Positions 36,423 to 49,848 of a stretch of 64,000 bases of DNA are shown in pieces; within the stretch, counting starts at the first letter, position 1, and each line of letters begins with the position of its first letter. The stretch covers positions 14,880,001 through 14,944,000 of the forward strand of contig NC_043020.1 in the NCBI RefSeq assembly GCF_006345805.1. Reading direction: 5' to 3'. This DNA comes from Octopus sinensis (Eukaryota). The position numbers and the translations under genes are program-made. A model generated the notes under the pieces. The model worked only from the letters and a program-made list of their open reading frames with translations. It searched no databases and was not told where the DNA came from.

Positions 36423-37488
36423 TCTTCTCCAGACACGTTTGGCTGCAGTGGACTCTAAGAACGCCTTATCTCCGAGCAGACAAATTAATACCGCAATGAT
36501 GACAAATATTTATTCTGATTAGCTGGTGTATTTATAGTTTCACTTGATGCTACCTTGAGGGTTTCCCCATTCCTGCTATATCAGTAATTTGGCAGAACAT
36601 CAAGTTTGAAGTTCTCAATTGGGTTTAACCGCATGTCACTTTTAGAGGTTTTGATTCTTCAGATTATTTCCCTTCATTTGAAATTAGTACTAACTGCTAG
36701 CAGGTGATTGGTTTGCCCTCTTTAGATGCAAAGATAATTTTAGTTAATCAAGAATTTCTTTTGTATGTTAATTAATATAACCTTATTTATCTTTGCTGCA
36801 CAAATACATGCCACTGGTCACTCTAAGTTATTTTGCTTAGCTTGGTTTCACTTCATATATATATATGAATTTATTATATATATATCTATCTATCTATATA
36901 TATATATATATAATAAATTCAGGGTGAATACTTGATAAATGTAAGCACCTGTATATGCCAGCTAGTAGCATAGGTGAGAGGATATATGTATCAAATGAAA
37001 TAAATGTAAAACAGGACACAAAAGATTTTGCGGTATATATGTTTCGAGCTTTATAGAACAACTTATTCTTACATCAATGCATAATCGACATAACAGATCA
37101 TCATCATCATCATCATCATCGTTTAACATCCGTTCTCCATGCTAGCATGGGTTGGATGGTTCGACCGGGGATCTGGGAAGCCAGAAGGCTGCACCAGACT
37201 CCAGTCTTATCTGGCAATGTTTCTACAGCTGGATGCCCTTCCTAACGCCAACCACTCCGTGAGTGTAGTGGGTGCCTTTTACGTGCCACCTGCACAGGTG
37301 CCAGGTGAGGCTGGCAACGGCCACGGTCGGATTGGTGTATTTTACGTGCCACCGGCACGGAGGCCAGTCGAGGCGGCGCTGGCATCGGCCACGAGTCGGA
37401 TCAGACCAGGATCCTGGCTGGTTCAATTCGATTTCGATTTCGCTTGCCCCAACATGTCTTCGCAAGAGATAATCGACATAACAAATAG

Positions 37489-37538
<50 letters not shown>

Positions 37539-37677
37539 TCTATAATTATGAGTATAATTATAATTAGGGTTTAGCAAAAATTTGCTTCACCACATACCGC
37601 AATTCTGAAATAGCAGTTAAAAACTACTATTTCACTACCATAAGAAAATCTCCCAGACAGCCATACTCAACAGTTGT

Positions 37678-37733
<56 letters not shown>

Positions 37734-40549
37734 TCATCATCATTGTTTAATGTCTACTTTTTATGCTGGCATGGGTTGGACAGTTTGACATGGAACTTGC
37801 TAGCAGGGAGCAGTCCAGACTCCAACTATCCATTGAGGGATGGTTTCATTAACAGACCTCAAAAGTACAAACTTCTTGAATAGTAAACTAGAGTACAGAC
37901 TAGTTTTCAATCTCTCTCATACATTAGGTAGGGCAATTTCTCTTCTGATGATGTCTGTTCAAGCAGAAACACAAATCCACAGCTGTTGTGTTTGCCTTCA
38001 GACTGTTTTTCTTTGACCCTGTAAGCTCCGGCCTTTCCTAATGCTAACCACTTAATAGAGTGTGCTGGGTGCTTTTTATGTGCCACTGGCATGGGTGCGT
38101 TAACACAGCACTGATACGGGTGCTTTTTAAGTGGCACCAACACCTGAAAGGACAAGCCTGTATGTGTGAAAACTGATTTTTACTTAGTTTGACATGTCTT
38201 ATCAAATACAGAAAATCACCACATCTCCCAGTCCCTTGTCATTTCCTCAGTGAAGCCCAGCATCCGAAGATCCTTTCTCCCCATCTTCTTTGTCCCACAT
38301 TTTCTCGGGTCTATTCCTTCCTCAAGTACCCTCCACAATCAGAGCTTGAAACTTCTTTATGTAGCTGTCCTCATTGATATGCATCACATGACCAAATCAG
38401 CAGTCTTCTCTGTTGCACACACACACACATGTGTGCTGCAATTCGATGATTGGCATCCGTGCTAGCGGGATGCAAAGTGCACCATACGAGTGTGATCGTT
38501 TGATAGAGCGGCTAACCGGCTTCTGTGCCAGTGGCACATAAAAGGGCACCATTCGAGTGTGATCGTTACCAGCGTCGCCTTACTAGCACTTGTGCCCGTA
38601 CTAGTAGGGTGCCAAGAGCACCATCCGAGTGTGACTGTTGCCAGAGCAGCCAACTGGCTTCCGTGCCGGTGGCACATAAAAGGGCACCATTCGAGCGTGA
38701 TCATTACCAACGTTGCCTTACTAGCATCTGTGCCGGTGGCATGTGTAAAAAGATTTGAGCGAGGTCATTGCCAGTACCGCCTGACTGGCCCCTGTGGCGG
38801 TGGCACGTAAAAAGCACCCACTACACTCTCGGAGTGATTGGCGTTAGGAAGGGCATCCAGCTGTAGAAACTCTGCCAGATCAAGATTGGAGCCTGGTGCA
38901 GCCATCTGGTTCGCCAGCCCTCGGTCAAAATCGTCCAATCTATGCTAGCATGGAAAGCGGATGTTAAACGATGATGATGATGATATATATGTATATATCA
39001 TCATCATCATCATCGTTTACCATCCACCTTCGATGCTAGCATGAGTGGGACCATTTCACAAGAGCGGCCAGCCAGAAGTCTGCATCATCACCAACTACTC
39101 AGTAGAGTGGACTTTGTACTTTTTACATGGTGTAAGCACAGGTGTGGTCAGTTTTGGCAAGGTTTTTACAGCTGAATGTCCTTTCGAGCACCAACCACTT
39201 TACAGTGTGGACTGAGTGTTTTTAAGTGGCACCTGCACTGACAGGGTCACCAAGTACTTGCAAGACAAAAAAAAGATACTTTCAAGAGAGGAGGGTGCAT
39301 TGCAGGAGGTGATCGTGTGTCAGATGATGAAAGGTTATAGTGAGACAGAGAGAAGAAGCAACTGTCTTGCTGTAGCGAAAGTACAATGTTATCTGGTCGG
39401 TGGTGCGGAGGGAGGGATCAGGAATGAAGACAGAAACAGGTACTGCAAAGGAAATACATGGTTACCCAACCTGAGGGAAGTGCAGGTGAAGGAGAGAGAG
39501 AGTGGGAGACAGCAGGATAGAGATGGTGGCGAAATGCCAGGCATACTCACAAGTGACGGGGATCAGAATATAAATTGGATGGTTGAGTAAAGAAAGAGAA
39601 AGTTATAGATGGTGGCAAGTGCCACGGCATACCCTTATGGTTTGAATGCTATAATATAAGTGGCAGGATATTGCGAAGGGAGTGTGATTAATGAGTGTGG
39701 GGGAGGGGAAGTGAGTGGCAAAAACCTGGGTATATATAGAGTTGGGGGGCTACCGGATAGTAGTGATACAGAGGAACAGGGCTGTGAGGATAGGATTAGG
39801 GAGTGAGAGCTAGGTATAGTGTATGAAAGAGGAAATGTGAGGAAGAGAAGTGATGTGGAGATATAAATTGGTATGTTGGGGTAGGGTGAGTGAAAAGTTT
39901 TCTTGTTATGTGTGGGTGGAACACACAGGTCAGGGGCTAGCAGAGCACAGGGCGAAGAGGCCAGGATTGGAGAGTAGGAGGTAAGCATAGTGCATGAAGT
40001 GGAAATGCAAGGAAGTGAAGAGATGTAGAAATGTAGCTTGATTTGTTGTGGTAGAGTGTGCGAGAAGTTTTAAGTGTGGGTGGGACACACAGCACTTCTA
40101 GAACTCAGTTTCACTGACGTGAGCGGGTCTTTTCTAGAACCTCATAATGTCAGACATCTTGGTCCATTGTCATTTTCTCCATGAAGCCCAACATCCTGAG
40201 ATCGGTCCTTACCTATTTCTTTATTACCCACAAGGGGCTAAACATAGAGGGGACAAACAAGGACAGACATAGGTATTAAGTCGATTACATCGACCTCAGT
40301 GCGTAACTGGTACTTAATTTATTGACCCCGAAAGGATGAAAGGCAAAGTTGACCTCAGCGGAATTTGAACTCACAACATAACAACAGACGAAATACTGCT
40401 AGGCATTTCGCCCGGTCCTTATCACTTCATCCCATGTCTTCCTGGGTCTCACTCTTCTGTGGGCATCATTCACTTTCAGTGATCGGCACTTCTTTATGCA
40501 GCTGTCCTCATTCATACGCACCACATGTCCAAACCAATGTAGGCTTCTC

Positions 40550-41035
40550 TCTTAACGAATCCAAAACATTTTAATTGATTTCAAATTATGTATAATACAT
40601 TTAGCCTCTCTGCAATCTTTCACACAGTTATATGACAATCAGATTCAATTATGGCTTTGATCCGGTCATCATCAACTTCAGTAGGTCGACTAGAATGTAG
40701 GTCATCTTTGAGTGAAAAATCTCCAGACCAGAAATTTTAAAACTTTTCTGACAGGTGCATTCTGTTAAGCAGTCAACACCATAAACTTCACATATCTCTT
40801 TATGAGCCTCAACAGCTGTCTTGCCTTTATAGAAATAAGAAAAATATGGCAAATATGTCTGTTTTTGCACTCCTTGTGAAAATCAACATTGAACTAACAG
40901 CGGTAAACAAAATTATGTGCAATTTGCTTTTGTTGCAAGATAGGGTTAGGGTTGCAAGTTAAAAGTAACGGCTATCAAATGTCAAAAAGAAAAAAAATCA
41001 TAACATTGACAAAAGTCATTCAAAAAAGTTGTAAC
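40550..41035 (-). mobile_element. Mariner transposase N-terminal (HTH) fragment
   Basis: FYKGKTAVEAHKEICEVYGVDCLTECTCQ. Confidence 0.8.
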
Positions 41036-41534
41036 TCTCATCATCATCATCATCATCGTTTAACGTCCGTTCTCCATGCTAGCATGGGTTGGACGGTTCG
41101 ACCGGGGTTCTGGGAAGCCAGAAGGCTGCACCAGGCTCCAGTCTAATCTGGCAATGTTTCTACAGCTGGATGCCCTTCCTAATGCCAACCACTCCGTGAG
41201 TGTAGTGGGTGCTTTTTACGTGCCACCTGCACAGGTGCCAGGCTGGCAACGGCTACGGTCGGATTGGTGTATTTTATGTGCCACCGGCACGGAAGCCAGC
41301 CGAGGCGGTGCAATGAAATTACATTCTTGCCAACACAATATATGCACATATCTACAAACACAAACACATATCGGCATGTAGAAAGCACCCACTACACTCT
41401 TGGAGTGGTTGGCATTAGGAAGGGCATCCAGCTGTAGAAACCTTGTTAAATCACATTGGAGCCTGGTACAGCCTTCTGGCTTGCCAGTCCTTGGTCAAAC
41501 TATCCAATCCATGCCAGCATGGAAAGCAGACGTT

Positions 41535-41544
41535 TATATATATA

Positions 41545-41575
<31 letters not shown>

Positions 41576-41921
41576 ATATAGATATAGATATATATATATA
41601 TAGATATAGATATATATAGATATAGATATATATAGATATAGATATATATAGATATAGATATATATATATATATAGATATAGATATATATAGATATATATA
41701 GATATAGATATATATAGATATAGATATATATAGATATAGATATATATATATATAGATATAGATATATATAGATATATATAGATATAGATATATATAGATA
41801 TAGATATATATAGATATAGATATATATAGATATAGATATATATATATATAGATATAGATATATATATATATAGATATAGATATATATATATATATAGATA
41901 TATATAGATATATATAGATAT

Positions 41922-41956
<35 letters not shown>

Positions 41957-42010
41957 TATAGATATATATAGATATATATAGAGAGAGATAGATATAGATA
42001 TAGATAGATA

Positions 42011-42094
<84 letters not shown>

Positions 42095-42095
42095 T
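41535..42095. repeat. ~550-bp (TA)n/(TAGATA)n microsatellite
   Basis: Direct inspection. Confidence 0.97.
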
Positions 42096-42822
42096 ACTAG
42101 GTACAGGTGTGACTGTGTGGTAAGAAGTTTGCTTTCCAACCTCATGGTTCTGGGTTCAGTTCCACTACATGGCACCTTGGGCAAGTCACTTCTACTATAG
42201 CTGCAGACTGACCAAAGTCTTGTTTGTGGATTTGGTAGATGGAAACTGAAAGAAGCCCGTCATGTATATATGTGTGTGTGTGTATGTGTATTTATGTCTG
42301 CGTTTGTCCCCTACCACTGCTTAACAACTGGTGTTGGTTTGTTTATGTCCCTGTAACTTAGTGGTTCAGCAACAGACACCGATAGGATAAGTAGCAGGCC
42401 TTTAAAAAAATGTACTGGGGTCGATTCATTTCACTAAAAGTTCTTCAAGTCAGTGCCCCAACATGGCCACAGCCTGATGACTGAAACAAGTAAAACATAA
42501 AAGATATACACACACATATCATTCACTCACCACCATGGGTGAAAATATTCTCAAGGTCACCGTCCACTTCTATATATTGTAAAGGACCTGTGCTCTGCTA
42601 CATTCTCTTTACTCTTTTACTTGTTTCAGTCATTTGATTGTGGCCATGCAGGAGCACCGCCTTTAGTCGAGCAAATCAACCCAAGGACTTATTCTTTGTA
42701 AGCCTAGTACTTATTCTATCGGTCTCTTTTGCCGAACCGCTAACTTATGGGGATGTAAACACACCAGCATCGGTTGTCAAGCTATGTTGAGGGGACAAAC
42801 ACAGACACACAAATATATATAC

Positions 42823-42869
<47 letters not shown>

Positions 42870-43177
42870 ATGAGCTTCTTTCAGTTTTCGTCTACCAAAT
42901 CCACTCACAAGGCTTTGGTCGGCCCGAGGCTATAGTAGAAGACACTTGCCCAAGGTGCCACGCAGTGGGACTGAACCTGGAACCATGTGGTCTGTAAGCA
43001 AGCTACTTACCACACAGCCACTTTTAAAAGAAAATTGTTAGGGTGAAAAAAAAAAATCAGTATCAACAAAAAATGTGTGTTTTAAAAATCGGGAGAGAAA
43101 CACATTGATGTAACTTCTGAGCAGTATAGTTTCTTTATTTTTGTAGTATTTTTGTTTTTGTTTTTGTTTTTGTTTTG

Positions 43178-43640
43178 ACCCTTTAGCATTTAGATTTCAT
43201 TGTTGTATGATATGCTAATTTATTCACATTGTTTTGAATTAATTACACATTATCTTGTAGCGGCAAGATTTCAATGGGGTATTTGTATATCTTTAGAATG
43301 ACATTGCAGGATAGGTATGAGTGGTTGGATCTGGTTAGTTTTAACATAAAACAATCGCATCATCGAAATCTCAGAGTTATGAGATAAAGCATGGTTAATT
43401 CAAAGCAATGTAGAGAAATAAGCATTGCATTTGACAGAGTAATCTGAATGCCAAAAAGTTATTCACATTGTTTTCAATTAATCATGCATTATCTTGTAGT
43501 TTTGAGATTTTGATGATGTGATTGTTTATTTTTAGAATGATATTGCGGGGTAGGTGTGAGAGGCTGGATATGGACAGTTTGATCATTACAGGTAGAATAT
43601 TTGGGCCAGATATGGTTGAATTAATTTGGTCATATTGACT
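43178..43640. mobile_element. Cluster of piggyBac-type MITE pieces in both orientations (also 50272-50483, 53400-53558, 59075-59362)
   Basis: ccctttagcatt ... aatgctaaagggttaa family. Confidence 0.7.
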
Positions 43641-44329
43641 ATTGACCACAGGTCCATCCTTGTCCACTAATCACTACATCCACCTCTACCTCCACCTCTA
43701 ACCATGTGTCAGTCTCCTCTCACACAATTATATTACTCTTTTACTTGTTTCAGTCATTTGATTGTGGCCATGCTGGAGCACTGCCTGTAGTCGAGCAAAT
43801 TGACCCCAGGACTTATTCATAATTATTATTACATTTATCACTGTTGCTATGTTAGCCACCACTCATTGTGGCTTAGTGGTTAGGGTATTCGGTTCATGAT
43901 ATTAAAAGGTTAAATAACAGACCTGGGTGAGAGGAAAATTTTGTTGAGAATTTCATGTGGTAAAAACATTCAGAAAAAAATGTTTCTAAATTTCAAATTT
44001 TTAAAAGATTCTTCCCAGCTCATGGAATATCCACCTCAACCCCATACCATCACTAAGGATGTATCTTAATTCAGTTGTTCATGTCCACATGTGTGGTTGC
44101 TGGCTGAATCAGCAGGCTAAATGAGGAAGGTCTCAATCTAGTCAATGGACTTGTAAGAAACAACAGGCAACCCGTGAAAAATAATTTTTTCTAAAATTTC
44201 ACTTTTTTATATTGTCCCCTCCTTTGGTGGCATTCTTAATAACAACACCTGACCCACAGATACAGAATGCATAAGCATAGTTGTTCCTGTTCCCTCAACC
44301 AATATACATCAAAATGTTTTTGCTTGATT

Positions 44330-47300
44330 GTAAGAAAGTGTATCAGTGAATCAAGATGTGGGTGAGAAGTGTGTATGGATGGATAATGGTAAACTTTCAC
44401 TTTGTTATTCTGGTAGGAAGTGGGTATGGCACTGCTACTATGAAAGGCTATTAGATCTGGAGAGTGCATGGATGAAAGTATGTTTTCTCAACACAGATTC
44501 AACAAAACCACTAGCTATCCTAGTTAAAAGCAGTATGAAAGTAGAGAAGGCCCCTGGTCCATCAGGAATTACCACTGAGAATGCTTAGAATATCTGACAG
44601 AGTTGGATACAGCTTTGTTACCTGCATAGTCATTTAGGTTGTGCAGGTAGGTATCAAAGGCGGCGAGCTGGCAGAAACATTAGCACACAGGGCGAAATGC
44701 GTAGCCGTATTTTGTCTGCCGTTACGTTCTGAGTTCAAATTCCGCCAAGCTCGACTTTGCCTTTCATCCTTTCGGGGTCGATTAAACAAGTACCAGTTAC
44801 GCACTGGTATCGATGTAATCGACTTAATCCGTTTGTCTGTCCTTGTTTGTCCCCTCTGTGTTTAGCCCCTTGTGGGTAGTAAAGAAATAGGTATTTCGTC
44901 TGCCGTTATGTTCTGAGTTCAAATTCCACCGAGGTCGACTTTGCCTTTCATCCTTTCGGGGTCAATAAATAAAGTACCAGTTACGCACTGGTGTCGATGT
45001 AATCGACTTAATCCTTTTGTCTGTCCTTGTTTGTTCCCTCTGTGTTTAGTCCCTTGTGGGTAATAAAGAAATAGGTATCATAGCCAATGACTGGTGTAGC
45101 AGCATTATAGTCGGCTGTTACAAAGATACAGGAGATGCCTTAGAGAAAAGCAATTGCAGTGGCATCAAATTGTTGGACTGGGTCATGAAAGTTACAGAAA
45201 GACTTATAGCATGGTTATCTGGGAAGAGAGTTAGCCTAAATGAAATGCATTTTGATTTTATGCCAAGGAGAAGTACTACTAATGCTCTTTTCCTAATAAG
45301 GCAACTGCAAGAGACGTATTTGGCTCAGAGTAAATCACTGCACTTGGCATTTGTTGACCTGAGGAAAGCCTTTGACAGGGTCCCTTGCTCTGTGATTTGG
45401 TGGTTACTAAGGAAGCTAGGAGGAGGCAAATGGTTTATGATAGCCATGTACAGGGGTGCTGTCAGTAAGGTGAGTTAGCAAAGAGTACAACAAATTTAGT
45501 GTGTAGGGCTCAGTTCTCAGTCTCCTCATATTCATCATTGTTTTCTAGGCCATACCAGGAATTTCAGATGAGTTATTGCTACATGCTGATGACTTCAGTC
45601 TTAACGCTGTATCTGTAGAAATTACAGATATAGGAGCAAAACTTGGAATGAAAGGGCCTTAAAGATAACTGAGCAACAAATAAAGTAAGCAGAAAAATGG
45701 ACAGTTCTCTACGCCTTTCAAGCAAATGATCCTGCTTGATATGTAGAAAATATGTAGGTTAAGATTCCATTTGATGTACCAAATGCAAACTAAGGATATG
45801 CAAGAGGTGCTGTGGAATCAGGAAGGTTAACAGAGAAAGTAGACTATGTATGAGGTAGATGTTCAAGAGCAATAATCGGAAAGGGATTTTCTTGAATGCC
45901 CAGAACGAATCTTAGGGGTAGTAGATAATTTCTGTTGGTGGCCTTATTGTTAGTGAGGGGGATGTTCTGAAGGTATAGTTGCTTCAACAAGAACTGTCTG
46001 CAGACAGTTCACAGAACTATTACCTCTGCTGGTAACAAAATTCCTCTCTGTCAGAGTGAAATGCAGATTGTATGATGCTTCTGTACAAACAGTAATACTA
46101 CATGGTTGTTGGACATGGGCCCTTAACCCTTTCGTTACCAAACCGCCCGAAAAAAATTTTGGTTAATGTGACCAAGCTGCCCAAAACCACCCGAATTTAC
46201 CTATTCATATTTAAATGAGAATATCAGAGCAAATCTCTTTAGTACATTCGTGAAAACACGTATTATACTTCGTAAACAGTTCATCTACAGTTTTGTACAA
46301 AAATCGAAGTGTAATTTTAATTCCATGAATTTTGGGAGATTTTTTTTCCAAAATTTGTTCCTATTGTGTTTTCAAAATTTGTAATTCTGACAAAAAATGG
46401 ATACAAATTTCATTATATCAAGCAGCGAGTCAGAATTCGAAGGATTTTCTACTGAAGACCTTCATAAATCTAACTCTATGACTGAAAAAAAAAGCATGTG
46501 GTATTTGATAATGAATCTGATGTTTCATTTTCCGAAAGTGAAAACAGTGAATCCGAGAGCTCCGACAGCGATAAAGAAAATGAATTGGCACCTGAATGGA
46601 GTGAAAATTTAAAAACTGTTTCTTTCGGTGATTTTTCTGAAGAAACTGGACCAAGCCACAGACTTTCCCAGAAGAGTAAAGCCTTAGACTATTTCTTTTT
46701 ACTTTTTCGAATGAGCCTATTTGAAATCATTACGGCGGAAACGAACCGTTACGCTAAATGTAAACAAAACGAAAGAAAGTGGTGTCCCATAACCTTAAAT
46801 GAAATTAAGACTATTTTGCCATAAATATTATTATGGGTATCAGAAAGTTACCCAGAATAACAAATTCTATCGTAAAATTTTGTTGTATATCCAATTGAAT
46901 ATTAGCTAATAACCCATTTTCTATAGCGATGTTTGAACAAAATTTTAATAATTTTATATTTTGTTGAATTTACCTGTATCTACCTGCAATTAGAGTCACT
47001 TTGTGACAAAAATTATAGTATAGAATTGGTTGAGAACATTTCATTAAATTATCTTCCAAAATTCACGTTAATATATTGATAAATAAAAAAGTTATAGTTG
47101 TTTATTGAAACACATAAGGGGTGTATTTTGGTCAGAAATATAGTAACGAAAGGGTTAATGCAGAAAACAAGCGAAGACTATAAAGAAATGAAGTAATATG
47201 CTCTGGTGGATGTGCAATGTCCATGTGATTGTATAACAAAGTGCAAATGTATTAAGATAAAAATTAGATGTCAGAGGCATTAGATGCGTTGTGCAAGTGT

Positions 47301-47520
47301 GAAAATTATGCTGGTGTGGTCATGTGATGTGTATGGATGAGGGTAGCTGCATAAACACTTGACAATTACTACATGTGGACAGAACCTATGGAAGAGGGAG
47401 ACCCAGAAAAACATGGGAGACAGTGGTGAAGACCAATCTTAAGAGGTTGAACGTCATCAAAGATATGACAAAGGACCATGATAATTAATGATATGCTGTG
47501 CTCAAGAAAATCTTTGCATC
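44330..47520 (+). mobile_element. Degenerate RTE LINE RT region, with nested SINE B dimer (44659-45071) and piggyBac derivative
   Basis: KAPGPSGI, DFMPRRSTTNALF..LQE, LAFVDLRKAFDRVP, LLHADD, GRGRPRKTW. Confidence 0.88.
46127..47154 (+). mobile_element. Internally deleted piggyBac transposon (PGBD4-like N-terminus)
   Basis: TTAA|ccctttcgttac ... gtaacgaaaggg|TTAA; acidic N-terminus, LDYFFLLF..SLFEIITAETNRYA, WCPITLNEIK..IIMGIRKLP; DDD core missing. Confidence 0.92.
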
Positions 47521-48192
47521 ATGGCAAAATAGGTCCCAAAAACATTTATATCAATAAACACAACTGGGGCCTGCCCTCAGATCCAATCTATTTTTGTCAA
47601 ACCTTTCCCACTCTCTCATCTTCCTATTTCTTTACTACCCACAAGGGGCTAAACACAGAGGGAACAAACAAGGACAGACAAATGGATTAAGTCGATTATA
47701 TTGACCCCAGTGTGTAACTAGTACTTAATTTATCGACCCTGAAAGGATGAAAGGCAAAGTCGACCTCGGCGGAATTTGAACTCAGAACGTAACGGCAGAC
47801 GAAATACGGCTACGCATTTCGCCCGGTGTGCCAACGTTTCTGCCAGCTCGCCGCCTTATCTCTCGTCTTCCTGTCACCCATCCCCATTTAACTGTGGCAC
47901 AATTCTGCTGCTGTAATTGTATGAAAGCAGAATTGCATATCACATCCTGCTCACGAAGTTAATGTTACCAGTCCTCCCTCTGCCATGAACCACTTTCATT
48001 TGACATCCATTCCTCAGTCACATTATCATCTGTTTCCACTTAATTTTCTACTGAACACTCTTTCTGTTCCATTTGTTATTTATCATTTCCCCTGAGCTCC
48101 ATCTGCCATACCTCGTTCTCATTGATTGTCCTCCACCTCGTTTGCCACTCACTTTGACCACAGGCCAATCCTTGTCCATCATTCACTATATA

Positions 48193-48791
48193 TATTTCTT
48201 TACTGCCCACAAGGGGCTAAACATAGAGGGGACAAACTAGGACAGACAATGGGATTAAGTCGATTACATCGACCCCAGTGCGAAACTGGTACTTTATTTA
48301 TTGACCCCGAAATGATGAAAGGCAAAGTTGACCTCGGCGGAATTTGAACTTAGAATGTAACGACAGACGAAATACCTATTTCTTTATTACCCACAAGGGG
48401 CTAAACATAGAGGGGACAAACTAGGACAGATAATGGGATTAAGTCGATTACATCGACCCCAGTGCGAAACTGGTACTTTATTTATCGACCCCGAAAGGAT
48501 GAAAGGCAAAGTCGACCTCGGCGGAATTTGAACTCAGAATGTAACGACAGACGAAATACCTATTTCTTTATTACCCACAAGGGGCTAAGCATAGAGGGGA
48601 CAAACAAGGACAGACATAGGTATTAAGTCGATTACATCGACCCCAGTGCGTAACTGGTGCTTAATTTATCGACCCCGAAATGATGAAAGGCAAAGTCGAC
48701 CTCGGCGGAATTTGAACTCAGAATGTAACGACAGATGAAATACCGCTAAGCATTTCGCCCAGTGTGCTAACGTTTCTACCAGCTCGCCGCC
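48193..48791 (-). mobile_element. SINE family B tandem trimer
   Basis: One head plus three ~183-bp 3' units. Confidence 0.92.
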
Positions 48792-49589
48792 ATTATTCAC
48801 TATATTCACCTATACCCCCCCCCATCTGAAACCATGTGTCAGTCTCCTCTCACATAATTATTATTACAATTATCAATATTGCTATGTAAGCCACTACTCA
48901 TTGTAGCTTAGTGGTTAGGGTATTCGGCTCATGATCATAAGGTCATGGGTTCAATTCCCAGTGGCACATTGTGTCCTTGAGCAAGACACTTTATTTCATG
49001 TTGCTCCAGTCCACTCTGCATGCAAAAATAAGTTGTACCTGTATTTCAAAAGGCCAGCCTTGTCGTTCTGTGTCACACTGAATCTCCCTGAGAACTACAT
49101 TAAGGGTATACATGTCTGTGAAGCTGGCAGATATGTTAGCAAGCCGGGCGAAATGCTTTGTGGTATTTCTTCCGCCACTGCGTTCTGAGTTCAAATTCCG
49201 CCGAGGTTGACTTTGCCTTTCATCCTTTCAGGGTCAATAAATTAAGTACCAGTTACGCACTGGGGTCGATGTAATCGACTTAATCCGTTTGTCCTCTCTG
49301 TGTTCAGCCCCTTGTGGGTAGTAAAGAAATAGGTATACATGTCTGTGAAGTGCTCAGCTACTTGCACATTAACTTCATGAGAGAGCTGTTCTGTTGATTG
49401 GATCAACTGGAACCCTAGTTGTTGTAACCAATGGAGAGTCAGTTTTGCATGGTAGGAGAAAATCAGCCAATATTGATATAGCTAAACAGTGATTGAGAAA
49501 TCACTGGTGTCGCAATTAGCAGGTAAGCTGAATCAAAGTTTGTCATCATTTTACATTTTCTACTTTCCAAGGTAGCCTCGGTTGGACAG

Positions 49590-49848
49590 TGAAAGGTAGA
49601 AGAGTCCAGTTTGCTGGACATTGGACATTGTTGTAGAGCTGAAAACGAGGTAATTTCTACTCTTCTCCTCTGGAAGCCATCTGCTCGCGATACCAGAGGG
49701 CGCACACTCTCCTAACCTGATGTAATCTCCAGGGATACAGGCATCCAGAAACAGGACCTCCTTAATGCTATGATGGACCGTGAAGTCTGGCGTAACATAG
49801 TAAATTCCATTGTCTTGACCACGGTTGAACAATGATGATGATGATGAT
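49590..49848 (+). mobile_element. Short RTE LINE 3' end with (TGA)n tail
   Basis: Matches 1478-1727. Confidence 0.88.

Noticed and set aside
37028-37602. Possible minus-strand hammerhead remnant (ttgcggta ... gctcgaaacatatataccgcaa)
   Set aside because: Core would need two or more changes, and the halves are separated by later insertions
48193-48791. Regular repeats resembling a CRISPR array
   Set aside because: Eukaryotic SINE multimer with no unique spacers
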